In this document: piece by piece, positions 9,711 through 20,817 of the stretch
Position numbering within the stretch: position 1 is the stretch's first letter
Layout: every line of letters starts with the position of its first letter
Notes under the pieces: generated by a model
Databases searched by the model: none
The model's input: only the letters and a program-made list of their open reading frames with translations
Told to the model about the DNA's origin: nothing
Source: a candidate division WS6 bacterium OLB20
GTDB lineage: Bacteria > Patescibacteriota > Dojkabacteria > B142 > OLB20
Assembly: GCA_001567355.1 (NCBI GenBank)
Contig: JYNZ01000003.1
Location: 274,124-338,123 of the forward strand
Direction: 5' to 3'
Length of the DNA: 64,000 bases
Made by a program: the position numbers and the translations under genes

Positions 9711-12700
9711 TTACGCCCTTGCCGTTAGATCCGACAGCCAGAGCATCGGTCCGGCATCAGGCTCGTACCATGTGTTATTAATCATCAGCAGTACCGTTGC
9801 CTGACCTGATGACGGTTCCCAGCTCTCGAGGGCTGTACCGATAACCATGCCTCTGCCGGTTGCCTTTTGAGCACGACCCGGCACGTCTGAAACGCTCAGT
9901 GCATCGCCTTTTGCAATTGGTTGTGACGTTGAGGCGATCTTGACCGGCACACGCCCTGCAAGAGCAAGGGGTTTGAAGTACCTGTAATCCAGTTCATTAT
10001 CAGGTGTGGAGGGGTTCAGCGTCAGGCCTGGATTTGTGGAGATAACACCGAGTACACGATCCCGCGATGAACTGTCGGACTTCTCGACAAGGAATCTGTT
10101 ATACAGATTTTCGTCAGAGTGTTCCACTGTTGATACGCTAACGATGTCACCTGCACTGATTGAAGTATCTGCTGTCTTTACGTATTCAGCGATGTCAGGT
10201 GTACCTGAGCCATTTGTCATATCACGCCATTCGTATGTACCACCGGAATTCTGTCTGCAGAGATAGATGGTGCCGTCCTCAGCCGCATCACGATTATAGA
10301 TCGTTGTACCGACTGTCGACGAATCACAGGTCGGCGCACTTCCTGTTGCAACATTTGCGTATACGATCCCTGCAGATGCACCCGTTATCACTACATTACC
10401 GCTGACAGTGATGTCGTCTGACAGCGCGAACCCGTCATTCGTGGAGTCCCAGCGGAAAGTCTCGGTATTAGTTCCGCCAAAGCTGAGTGTGATATCTCCT
10501 GCAGCTGTTGTGTCCTGTCCCGAATTAAGCATTACACCACCTGTAGCATCAAGACTGATATTGCCGGTCGAATCAATAAAGACATCTGTCTGGTCTGAGT
10601 AGATTTCAAACTCGCCACCCGTACCACCCCATACAGATGAATCAAGATCGATTGTAGCCCCGCCAGCGAGTCCAAGACCGGCAAAGAATTGTCCACTCCC
10701 TGCAGAAGATATCACCCAGGTCTGAATACCGGAAGAGTAACCGGTAACACCCCCTTGAGTTATATGAGTATAACTATCGCTTGGTGTATCACCTCCAAAA
10801 TAGCCCTGCCCCGTGTTATCAACCCTGAAACGTGTATTTCCGGCAACCTCTATATCAATCAGATTTGGATTACCCGCATTTGTCTCATTAATGGCAATAA
10901 TAGTATTTGCACCTGATGCAGTCTGTGCACTCCCCGGCTGCAACGTTACCGATGTATTGGCAGCAAGCAGATCAATACTTGTACTTCCATTGTAGAAGTA
11001 GAGATTTGTGCCGTTGTACCACAGATCCCCGTTTACAGGAGCAGACGGATCAACGCTGGCAGAAGGTGTTAGATTAATCTGTGCACTGCCAGCTGTTGGG
11101 GCCTTGATATCAAGCCAGGCATCAGGAGTTGCTACACCGATTCCAATCCGGTCTGCACTTCCGTCAGCGTAAAACAGGCTTGCATCTGTATCCCCTTCTA
11201 TGACAAAGTCAACCGAATCTCCGCTCTGATTGAACACAAAGCCGGAATTGTTTAGCTCCAGAATGTCAGCAGTTGTAAACTCAAGGCGGCCTGTGTTGCC
11301 GTTTGATGCATACAGGTCGATCTTGCCGTTGGCAGTTGCACCGGTACCGACACGCACCAGGTTGTCGCTGACATCGACACTGAATGAGCCTCCAAGACCG
11401 GTACCGCCAACTGCAAAGTCATCGGTGACACTTGTCAGGTAGGTTGCGCTTCCTGCATCAGTCAGGAATGAACTGAATCCGCAGTTTGTTTCGCTGGCAT
11501 CGCAGACCAGCTTGTCGCCCCAGTAAAGATCAGTAGTGGCAGGATTTGCCTGAGCTGATGTTGAAAGGTAGTTGTTCGCAGAACCGTTACCCAGATGGAT
11601 CAGATCTGCAACCTCAAGCCTGTCGTCTACTACTACGTAACCGGCATTGTTTGCGCTCAGTACAAGGTCCTCGTCACTGGCAAGGTCACCGGCCGTAATA
11701 TAGAACGGTGAATCGGACGTGATGCTGCTGGCTGTTGAATTAGTAAACACAAGGTCATTGGCAATCTGAACGTCACCGACACTGGCAAAGGTGGCGGGTA
11801 CATCAGCTCTGATACCGGTTGCAGAAATGCTGAAAATATCAGCTCCATTAATGTCGATATCAAGCAATGTACCGGTATATCCGCTGGCGGGGTTGATATA
11901 CAGAGCTGTTTCATTTGCTGCCAGCGCTGTACCAAGTGTTGTAGTACCGCTGAAGAGGAAGTCACCGTATGTCATTGCAGCTACATCATTGATATAGCCA
12001 AACTGGTTAGCTCCAAATCCAAACTCCAGACGGTCATCGGTCGTCTCATCATAACGGAAGAATGCATCGGCGTTAGTACCAAAGAACATGCTCTGGTCGT
12101 CCGCCAGAAGGACATTGCCACCTGAAAACTCCCAGCGGTCATCGGTTGTAAAGGTAATTGCACCTGTGTCACCGTCGCTTGCAAACATATTCAAGACACC
12201 GTTTGCAGTTGCACCGGTACCGATGCGGACAGTATTGGTGTCAACATCAACACTGAACGAAGATGCAAGGGTGCTGCCTCCGACTGCAAAATCATCTGCT
12301 GCCTGGGAAAGATACGTGATCGAACCCGAGTCTGTAAACAGCGAACCTCCTCCGAATGAAATACCGCAGTTTGCCTCACTTACATCGCAAAGCAGATCAT
12401 CACCCCAGTAAAGATCCCCGTTGGCACCTGCACCAACCGTACCGACACTGAGAACATCCGCAGTGTCAGTGCCAAGGTTGAGGTCACCGTCAATCTGCAG
12501 ATTACCGCTTTCATCAATACTGCCAACCTCTGTTGTCTCGCCATCATTATAGAAACTGATCCGGTAATCAGTATCACTGACGATATCAAGCAGAACGCTC
12601 ATATCTATCTCGGTATTGGATACATTGAAGTAATTGCCCCGCAGCACAAGCGCTCCGGAGTCTGCTGTAGCGCCTGTTGTCGAGTTATCAATAATGATGT

Positions 12701-15700
12701 CAAACGGTGCTGTACCCTGCACTACCACATTGCCGCCGGTAAACGTACCTGCTCCGCCAGTCACATTGAGCGCTCCACCAACAGTGAATGTATCATCAGT
12801 CTGCAACACATTCGTACCATTGTCGTACAAATTAGTGTCATTACCAATCACAATCCCGCCCGAGACACCGGTTGCCGAGGCTGTAAGCTGTCCCTGCACT
12901 GTGAGTGCATCAGGAGTGATAAGCAGGTTTGTTCCGCCATCGTATAGAAGCGTGTCGTTTCCGATTTCGATACCTGCTGAAGCACCGGTGGTGTTAAGCC
13001 TCAGCCTGCCTGCACTGACATCAAAGAAGAACGGCCCGGTAGTCAGATTAGATCCAAGCACAAAATCATCGGTAGTCTCAGTCAGATAGGTGAATGTTCC
13101 ACCATCAGTCAGAAGACTCGCAGCTCCAGCAAGCAGATCAACCGTAGAAGAACCGTCGTAGAAGTTAAGGTTGGTGCCGTTAAACCAGATATCACCCGAG
13201 TTCGGTGTTGTCGGATTTGTCCCCGGAGTAAAGTTGATATGGGCATTGCTGGCAGTTGATGCAGCGATGTCGAGGATGGCGGTGGGGGCAGTCACACCAC
13301 CAATCCCGACAAGGCCGCCGCTGTTTTGCAATACCAGATCACCATCACTTTCGATGGTAAGATCGTTTGTTGTTGTGTTATAGCTGATTGTGCCCTCGTC
13401 ACTGGTCGATGTACCGATATGCAGTGTTGCAGGACCAAGGTACAGGTCTCTCCAACGGCGGGCATTTGCGCCCAGGTCATATGTATCGTCGACACTAGGC
13501 TGAAGATCATCAGTGATTTCAAAGCTGTCCAGAGATGCTCTCCAGGCAAGTACCTCAGTGTTTGTACCACCGAAGTTAATTGCAATATCACCGGCACCGG
13601 TCGTATCAACATCCGTCTGGATATCGATATCGCCATCCGAGTAGATGTTACCTTCAACGCCAAGGTCACCATTGATAAAGGCGTCATCACCGCTCAAGGT
13701 AAATCCGCCACCGGCAATAGTTTCAGCAGTTGCTCCCAGCAGAAAATCGCCGCCACTTATATATACATCACCACCTGCAAATTCGAATGTGTCTGTATCC
13801 AGGAACTGGATTGATCCGTCATTTGTTGCATCACTCGCATAGAAAGCGAGCATGGGAGTATTGGCATCATTTTCGCCGTCTCCGATACGTACGACATTGG
13901 CTGACACATCAACACTGAATGGTGCCACGAGGGTATTACTTGCACCGATAGCCAGGTCATCCGAGGTCTGAGTCAGGTACGAAATCGTTCCGCCATCCGT
14001 AAACAGTGATGATCCCCCAAATGCAATGCCGCAGTTAGATTCGCTTACGTCGCAGATCAGGTCCTCACCCCAGTAAAGATCGCCGTTTGCAGCTGATGCA
14101 GGTCCAACACCCAGCACGTCAGCTGTATCGGTGCCGATATTGATGTTACCGTCCACCTGCAGGTTTCCGGACTGGTCAATGCTCGCTACTTCAGCTCCCG
14201 ACCCGTCATTAAGAAAACTCAGACGATAGTCAGTATCAGAGATGATATCCAGCAGAACCCGCATATCGATCTCTGTATTCGATACATTAAAATAGTTACC
14301 TCTTAAAATCATGGCACCGGAATCCGCTGTAGCGCCCGTGGTGGAGTTATCAATAATCAAGTCCTGTGCAGTGGAGTTCTGAATCAGGATGCCTCCGCCG
14401 GTAACATTAATACTGCCACCAGTAACATCAAGCGTATCGCTTACCACAACTGTTCCGCCGGATGACGACAGCGTCAGACTTGAGTTGCTGTCACTGATAC
14501 CGCTGTCTGCAATTGTGAGTCCGCTGCCAGCCACAATGTTGTTTTCGACATACAATGAATCGCCAACACCGAGCAGGTCGAGAATGTACATGTCATCTGC
14601 AGTTGCAGAGTCAAGTACAAATGATGTGTTCGTAAGCGGTGTGTTGTCACCAGAGTATGTTCCGATAATGACATCAAAGTCATTCTCAAATGTTCCTGTA
14701 TTGCTGCCGCTGTTAAACGTAAGCGACTCCCAGAGACCATAATCGCTGTTACAGCCGCTGCCGTTTGCAAGACATACCGTTTGATTGCCCCAGTAAAGCG
14801 GATTTGTTGCAGCGCCGCCTGCTGCAGAAGTTGCAAGCCGGTCATTTGAACCGGCCCCCAGAGACAGGATCGAGCCACCTACATTCATCGTGCCGCTTAC
14901 AGTCAGATTGCCGGTTGTACCCACATCAGTAAGTGCAAGAAGAACATTGGTACCATCACTCAACTCAAGGCGGTCATCAGTTGTTTCATCGTAGTAGATC
15001 TGAATGTCATCGTTTGTGCCGAAATTAAGCGAGATGTTGTCAACAATCCTCTGACTGCCACCGCTCCACTGCAGCAGATCCCCGATATATTCAAATCGAC
15101 CAGTGTCACCCGATGAAGAGTAGAAATCAAGCTTGGCATTACCTGATGATCCGTCTCCGATACGTGCAAGGTTTTCGCTCTCGTCAACGCTGAATGCGGA
15201 TACCAGCGTCGAAGAAAGCGACAGGTCAGATCCCGAAGAGGTCAGATACGTCACATTGGCATTAATTGTCCAGAGTCCGCCTCCACCTCCGGATGCAGCG
15301 TTGAGGGCATGGAGAATGGAGTTTGTGCCGGCAGGCAATGAAGTGTTTGAGCCGTCACTGAATGCGATGTCGCCGGTAAGTGAATCGTTAAACGTCAAAA
15401 CGGCTGAACTTGAAATACCGCCACCGTTTACGTTCAGGTCTCCGATCGTTGTGATATCACCTGTATTTGATACCGTGAACACATCACTGCTTGCCACCTG
15501 CATCTGGATCAGATTGGGAGTATTGGCACCGTCTTCGTTGAGATAAATAAGCGGAGTGGTTACGTTTCCGGTTGCCTGGATGGATGCCGGGGATAACTGG
15601 ACAAAACCGGATGAAGCAATACCGCCCAGCCGTTCCGCCTCATAGGCAAACGGTACAGTAGTAAGCTGCTTGCGTGAAAAAGTCTCAGCAGAAGAGAAAT

Positions 15701-16142
15701 CTCCGTTTCCGTCATCATCGAACTCGATTTCGACATACACACTTGAGTCATCCCCCCACGACAGACCTGACCCGCTACAGCTTCCCCCTGGTGATTCCCA
15801 GTTTCCACAGACAGAGTTGAGACTCAGACTGAATACACCCTCATAGTCACCAAGTTCGATATTTTCGTGTGGTTCGCGCCATAGCAGTGTCCCACCGACA
15901 GGGTCTGAGTAGATGCTGACTCGGAGGTCGCAGGTATCAGCACCGGCAGCTACACATGATGGTGTCCCCGTAATCAGGTTTGTACCATCAGGCCGGTTAA
16001 CGATCTTACCCTGGAAATTCAATGTGCTTGCTACAGCAGCACGGATATCAACGGGAGAGACAAGCACCACGAAACACAGCGCGAGCAGTGCAAAAATAGT
16101 TAAAAGTACCCTGTTTTTTCTAGTATGCGAGTTCAACTCCAT
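9711..16142 (-). CDS. giant (2143 aa) secreted/surface repeat protein with N-terminal signal anchor
   Basis: Signal/TM (LLTIFALLALCFVVLV); four copies of a module containing LYWG-x-D-L/V-C-D-x-S-E-x-N-CG, two of them extended (about 170 aa at about 75 to 80 percent identity); motif DLGANARRWRDLYLG reminiscent of phage tail-fibre proteins; sequence is Gly/Thr/Ser/Asn-rich. Confidence 0.85.
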   Translation of the reverse strand: MELNSHTRKNRVLLTIFALLALCFVVLVSPVDIRAAVASTLNFQGKIVNRPDGTNLITGTPSCVAAGADTCDLRVSIYSDPVGGTLLWREPHENIELGDYEGVFSLSLNSVCGNWESPGGSCSGSGLSWGDDSSVYVEIEFDDDGNGDFSSAETFSRKQLTTVPFAYEAERLGGIASSGFVQLSPASIQATGNVTTPLIYLNEDGANTPNLIQMQVASSDVFTVSNTGDITTIGDLNVNGGGISSSAVLTFNDSLTGDIAFSDGSNTSLPAGTNSILHALNAASGGGGGLWTINANVTYLTSSGSDLSLSSTLVSAFSVDESENLARIGDGSSGNAKLDFYSSSGDTGRFEYIGDLLQWSGGSQRIVDNISLNFGTNDDIQIYYDETTDDRLELSDGTNVLLALTDVGTTGNLTVSGTMNVGGSILSLGAGSNDRLATSAAGGAATNPLYWGNQTVCLANGSGCNSDYGLWESLTFNSGSNTGTFENDFDVIIGTYSGDNTPLTNTSFVLDSATADDMYILDLLGVGDSLYVENNIVAGSGLTIADSGISDSNSSLTLSSSGGTVVVSDTLDVTGGSINVTGGGILIQNSTAQDLIIDNSTTGATADSGAMILRGNYFNVSNTEIDMRVLLDIISDTDYRLSFLNDGSGAEVASIDQSGNLQVDGNINIGTDTADVLGVGPASAANGDLYWGEDLICDVSESNCGIAFGGSSLFTDGGTISYLTQTSDDLAIGASNTLVAPFSVDVSANVVRIGDGENDANTPMLAFYASDATNDGSIQFLDTDTFEFAGGDVYISGGDFLLGATAETIAGGGFTLSGDDAFINGDLGVEGNIYSDGDIDIQTDVDTTGAGDIAINFGGTNTEVLAWRASLDSFEITDDLQPSVDDTYDLGANARRWRDLYLGPATLHIGTSTSDEGTISYNTTTNDLTIESDGDLVLQNSGGLVGIGGVTAPTAILDIAASTASNAHINFTPGTNPTTPNSGDIWFNGTNLNFYDGSSTVDLLAGAASLLTDGGTFTYLTETTDDFVLGSNLTTGPFFFDVSAGRLRLNTTGASAGIEIGNDTLLYDGGTNLLITPDALTVQGQLTASATGVSGGIVIGNDTNLYDNGTNVLQTDDTFTVGGALNVTGGAGTFTGGNVVVQGTAPFDIIIDNSTTGATADSGALVLRGNYFNVSNTEIDMSVLLDIVSDTDYRISFYNDGETTEVGSIDESGNLQIDGDLNLGTDTADVLSVGTVGAGANGDLYWGDDLLCDVSEANCGISFGGGSLFTDSGSITYLSQAADDFAVGGSTLASSFSVDVDTNTVRIGTGATANGVLNMFASDGDTGAITFTTDDRWEFSGGNVLLADDQSMFFGTNADAFFRYDETTDDRLEFGFGANQFGYINDVAAMTYGDFLFSGTTTLGTALAANETALYINPASGYTGTLLDIDINGADIFSISATGIRADVPATFASVGDVQIANDLVFTNSTASSITSDSPFYITAGDLASDEDLVLSANNAGYVVVDDRLEVADLIHLGNGSANNYLSTSAQANPATTDLYWGDKLVCDASETNCGFSSFLTDAGSATYLTSVTDDFAVGGTGLGGSFSVDVSDNLVRVGTGATANGKIDLYASNGNTGRLEFTTADILELNNSGFVFNQSGDSVDFVIEGDTDASLFYADGSADRIGIGVATPDAWLDIKAPTAGSAQINLTPSASVDPSAPVNGDLWYNGTNLYFYNGSTSIDLLAANTSVTLQPGSAQTASGANTIIAINETNAGNPNLIDIEVAGNTRFRVDNTGQGYFGGDTPSDSYTHITQGGVTGYSSGIQTWVISSAGSGQFFAGLGLAGGATIDLDSSVWGGTGGEFEIYSDQTDVFIDSTGNISLDATGGVMLNSGQDTTAAGDITLSFGGTNTETFRWDSTNDGFALSDDITVSGNVVITGASAGIVYANVATGSAPTCDSSTVGTTIYNRDAAEDGTIYLCRQNSGGTYEWRDMTNGSGTPDIAEYVKTADTSISAGDIVSVSTVEHSDENLYNRFLVEKSDSSSRDRVLGVISTNPGLTLNPSTPDNELDYRYFKPLALAGRVPVKIASTSQPIAKGDALSVSDVPGRAQKATGRGMVIGTALESWEPSSGQATVLLMINNTWYEPDAGPMLWLSDLTARA

Positions 16143-16648
16143 ACAGATTTAGGCATTGCAAAAGGCTTTCAGACAAAGCAATTAAATACAGCAAAAATTT
16201 AATCGCTGAATATAGTGTAGGATAAATAAACTCTTAGTACAACAAGGAAAACGCTAAATTATTGTTGATAACTCCTTACTTTCCCGGAAACCATCGTGCC
16301 CACGTAACAGAGTGCCCGAAATTACTGAATCACCTTGCATAACATGAAGATCAACTAAAGCACGCCCGAATCGCACCACAGCTGTGGATGTCAGGGGGAT
16401 AGACGTATCCAGAACCTTTCCACAACCAATATCAGAATCAAAAGTAGACTGATAGAAATTATTCAGAATGCCTGAAATACAGCAATATACTGTTAACGGA
16501 AAAATCTGCGGAGAACGCCGCACAAAATGTGCACATAATTAGCCTGTCCATTACTAAGTATGCTGATGTGTGGGCGCTTCAGATATTATCCAGGCAATAA
16601 AAAAGGAGCGGGGAAACCGCTCCTTTAAAGAATCAAGACCTGAATTAA

Positions 16649-17747
16649 TCAGGCCCCGTGCCTGATGTTGAGTATGTCACCTTCTTTTACGACATAGTCC
16701 TTACCCTCGACACGCAACTTGCCTGCAGTCTTTGCACCCAGCCAGCCACCGGTTGCTACAAAGTCTTCGTACGATACGACTTCGGCCCTGATAAACTTGT
16801 CCTCGAAGTCTGTGTGGATCGCACCTGCTGCTTGCGGAGCCGTGCTGCCGGAACGTACACTCCACGCCCGGACTTCTTTTTTTCCGGCTGTAAAAAAACG
16901 TCATCAGACCCAGAACCGTATATGCCTCTCTTGTTAATTGCTCAAGGCCCGTATACTCGATACCAAGCTCCTGCATAAACTCACTGAGCTCATCAGGAGC
17001 CAGCCTTGAGAGTTCATACTCCTGTTTAATGTCAAGTGGAAGTACCCGCGCGGCATCAGGAAGACCAAGTCTTTGTCGCAACATCTTTTCGACCTCCGGA
17101 CCCGTCCTGGACCATCTTCCGTTAATCACATAGATTACCGGCTTATCTGTGAGCAGACGCAACTGTTTTCTGAAGGCAGACAGATCTCTGTCGTCAGCAT
17201 CTGCAGACACAGTAATCGCAAGTTGTCCTTTTTCGAGTGTTTCACGGATGTCGTGTATGAGCGCTAGATACTTCTCTCCACTGGAGTCCTTTCTGGCCTC
17301 ACGCGCTATCCTTGTCTGTTGCTTTTCGACAGTGTCGAGATCTTTCAGGATCAGTTCGGTCTCTATTGTCTCTCTGTCGCGGACAGCATCCACCGTACCG
17401 TCGACATGGACAACGTCATCATCAATAAAATCCCGGATGACGTGTACAATCGCATTAGTCATGCCAATATGGCCCAGAAAGTCGTTGCCAAGCCCTTCAC
17501 CCTCATGCGCACCCTTAACAAGCCCGGCAATATCATTAAACTCGACAACGGCGGGAACAATACTGTCCGTCTGAACGATATCTGCCAGCACCTGCAGCCT
17601 TGTATCAGCCACCGGAACCACTCCGACGTTTGGATCGATTGTACAGAACGGGTAATTCTCAGCCGCTATAGTCTGATTCGTTAGTGCGTTAAACAATGTG
17701 GATTTTCCAACATTCGGTAACCCGACAATTCCAAGTGAGAGAGACAT
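16649..17747 (-). CDS. ychF: ribosome-binding ATPase YchF (Obg-family GTPase), interrupted by a 1-nt frameshift in an A7/T7 run at 16891..16897
   Basis: G1 motif [18 protein letters not shown]; correct TGS C-terminus ([23 protein letters not shown]...[19 protein letters not shown]) is in another frame ending at 16649. Confidence 0.85.
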
Positions 17748-17757
17748 TTTAAAGGAT

Positions 17758-19164
17758 TTAAAGTGTAATGGATTGTTTCCAGTCCGGTATGTGAGCAGGA
17801 ACACCGTCATTTGTAAGAATACTGGCCAACGCTTCGCTACGCTCAGGCTCTGCGTGCACCAGGAACGCCTGCTTAAGTCGCTTCAGATCGTACAGTGACA
17901 GCCATTGCTGCAGCGTTGGCGAATCCGCATGGGCTGAAAACCCGCGAAGATAATGCACCCCCGCCCTAACCTGAACATCTTTTTTGTTTATGGAAATCTG
18001 ACTAGCGCCGTCAACCAGTGATCGTCCTGTAGTCTGCTCAGCCTGGAATCCGACGAAGACTAATGAACTGTTAGTATCCGGAGCGTGTGAGGCTATATGA
18101 TGCATGATCCTACCGCCCTCGGCCATACCGCTGCCAGCGATTATGATGCTTTTTGTTGCCGATGCCAGCCTTAGCGATTTCTTGTGGGTTCTGATATATC
18201 GAAGCTGATCGAAATCGAACCGTCTATTGCTCTGTCGCTTTGCAGTTCTAGGTTTCCTGCTGTTTTCCGCAGAATACTCGGTTATAACACCAAAATGGTC
18301 AGTACGGTCATTAAAGTATCCGGAGAACTGTGTGTAGATTTTAGTCGCCCGTATCGCCATCGGACTATCAATATAAACTTGAACATCTCCGTTAATGCGA
18401 CCTTGATCGAAGGCGATCGACAGAATTTCAAGTAGTTCTTGCGTACGATGTATAGCAAAGCATGGGATTATAACATTTCCATCACGTTCGGTCGTTTTGG
18501 TTATTACACTGATCAATTCATTCAACGTCTCGTTGCGATCCGGATGTTCAATGCCACCATAGAGTGACTCCATAGTTATGTACTCTGGAGAGAAGCTTGT
18601 ACCATTACTGAAGGTGTTAATGATTGTCTGATCAGCCCGACCGATATCACCCGAAAATAACAGCTGTCTTCCGCTGATTGTAATCTGCACGCTTGCTGCT
18701 CCAAGAATATGTCCTGCGGGGACAAAGCGAACCGTGATGCCCTCTGCCGGTTGAAAGTCCTTACCGAAGATCTCTGTACGGAACATTGTCAGAGACTTCA
18801 TTGCGTCACGCGTATCATAGAGGATACCCGGCAGCGTGTATGGCATTGCTTCTGAATACTCGAACGTGCCTTGTTTTTTTGCCTCCAGCTCCTGGATCTT
18901 GGCCGAGTCCAGCAGTACAAGCTCACTCAGTGCTGCTGTTGGTGGTGTCATATAGATAGGTCCTGCAAACCCCTCCCTGACCAGCCTTGGGATAAGTCCG
19001 CAATGATCCATGTGCGCGTGAGTAAGTATCACAAAATCTATTTCGGACGGGACAAAACCGAACGGCTCCTTGTTTCGATCCTCCACATCGGGTCCCTGAA
19101 ACATACCGCAGTCGATTAGTATTTTTCTGCTGTCATCCTCTAGTAAGTAACAGGAGCCGGTCAC
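17758..19164 (-). CDS. MBL-fold beta-CASP ribonuclease (CPSF73/RNase J-like)
   Basis: HAHMDHCG motif (ILTHAHMDHCG), beta-CASP and RNA-specificity region; 468 aa. Confidence 0.75.
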   Translation of the reverse strand: MTGSCYLLEDDSRKILIDCGMFQGPDVEDRNKEPFGFVPSEIDFVILTHAHMDHCGLIPRLVREGFAGPIYMTPPTAALSELVLLDSAKIQELEAKKQGTFEYSEAMPYTLPGILYDTRDAMKSLTMFRTEIFGKDFQPAEGITVRFVPAGHILGAASVQITISGRQLLFSGDIGRADQTIINTFSNGTSFSPEYITMESLYGGIEHPDRNETLNELISVITKTTERDGNVIIPCFAIHRTQELLEILSIAFDQGRINGDVQVYIDSPMAIRATKIYTQFSGYFNDRTDHFGVITEYSAENSRKPRTAKRQSNRRFDFDQLRYIRTHKKSLRLASATKSIIIAGSGMAEGGRIMHHIASHAPDTNSSLVFVGFQAEQTTGRSLVDGASQISINKKDVQVRAGVHYLRGFSAHADSPTLQQWLSLYDLKRLKQAFLVHAEPERSEALASILTNDGVPAHIPDWKQSITL

Positions 19165-19364
19165 GGTCCCTGCTGCGCCTAAAAAACGTTACCTGCATCC
19201 TGAATTGATATGAAATATGTAATATATCTTTACTGTGGATGTGCTGCCTTGCAGCTACTGCATCCGCAATTATAACACTGCTCCTGTTACGATACTACCG
19301 CGGACCTCTCAACCAACTGAACAAGTATCGACTATCCTGTACACATCATTCATGTGTAAGCTTT

Positions 19365-20817
19365 TTACTCAGTTTTCATATCCCTCGACATTTCTGATGC
19401 TATTTTTAGCAGAGTATCGCGCTCGTTTAGTATTGGTTCTTCTATGACCATATCGAGGATTCTGTTCAAAATATTTCCCATTACAGGTCCGGGACTTATC
19501 CCCATTTGCTTCAAATCTTCACCGCTGATAGACAGATCAGATATTTTCAACACCAGCTCCTGGGACCTGACCTGAGAGATACGTTTCTCCAGTTCCCTGA
19601 TCTCTGAGGGATCAAAACTCGACTTCGGGTTTGCTGTAGCATCCGCTATACGCAGCTTAAACAGGTCCTCGAGCAGGTCCTCGCCCACCCGCTGAATAAA
19701 TCGCCTTACTGCACTGTCTGTCCACCCGCCATCACTATCCTGTAGTTTCTCCATTCCATGCTCTTTTCTCCAGTCAGCCGACGGGTAATAAAACATATGC
19801 CAGCGAATAAGTTCTGAAACTCGGGTTATCTCACGGCTGGAATACCGTAACCTGGTCATAATCTCCTTAGCTATTGCTGCGCCTGCAACATCATGACTGT
19901 AAAAATGAATACCGGTCTCGTCCTCACTGCGTGTGGAGGGCTTTCCGATATCATGTAACAGGGCTGCAAGCCTGACTGAGTCCGGAGCAAGATCCAGCGT
20001 TTTAAGGCTATGTGTGTAGACATCGTCTTCGTGCCACTCGGGCTGTGTCACACCAATCGTCTCCAGCAGCTCAGGCATGAACAACCCCAGAAGGCCTGAT
20101 CTTCGCATAAGATCGATACCTGTCGATGGTTTCGGCGAATGCAGCAGCAACTTGTTGAGCTCATCCCTGATACGTTCGCGCGAGATCTGATCAGCAACAT
20201 GCAGTGTTTCTGTAATAGCTTCAAATGTACGCGGTTCGATCTCAAATCCAAGCTCAGCTGCAAGTCTGCACGCCTTATACGAGCGTAGACCGTCTTCACT
20301 TAGGCGCTCAAGCGGATCGCGCACAGAACGGATGATCCTGGCTGCAAGGTCTGCATTACCTCCAAAAGGGTCAACTATCACCTCATCAGTCGTGGCTGAA
20401 GCGTCGAACAGATCGGCAAAATCTATTGCCATTGCATTGACCGTAAAATCCCTTCTGGCAAGATCTTCCTCCAGTGCGGTGGAAAACTCGACCTTTCCGG
20501 GCCAGCGACCGCCATAATAATCCTCTTCTTTTCTGTAGGTTGTCACCTCAACTTCAAACCGTTCCCCCTGTTTATCTTCCATCAACACCAGCACAGTGCC
20601 GAATGCCGCATTTGTGGTCACTGACTTTGAAAAAAAGACCTGCAATCTGGTCAGGGAGGGCATTTGTAGCAAGATCATAATCCTTGGGGTTTCGTCCCAG
20701 CAGGATATCACGCACAGCACCACCGACAAGATGAGCCTCAAAGCCATTACTGATCAGTACATCTGCCACCCTGCTGACATATTCGGGGATTTTTGACTGT
20801 ATCTGTTCTACCGTCAT
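19365..20817 (-). CDS. cca: CCA-adding tRNA nucleotidyltransferase with HD domain, split by a frameshift in an A7 run at 20630..20636
   Basis: N-terminal Pol-beta NTase head (LVGGAVRDILLGRNPKDYDLATNALP) in ORF 20572..20817; remainder (RRDFTVNAMA..., HD domain LLHDIGK) in ORF 19365..20747. Confidence 0.85.

Noticed and set aside
9711-16142. Dozens of 60-160-aa ORFs on the + strand (and alternate - frames) inside the giant gene (e.g. 12634..13089, 13326..13814, 15133..15546)
   Set aside because: Antisense or out-of-frame reading of a low-complexity Gly/Thr/Ser-rich coding region; proteins are low-complexity (Pro/Ser/Val-rich) with no starts or motifs; the long - strand ORF explains the region
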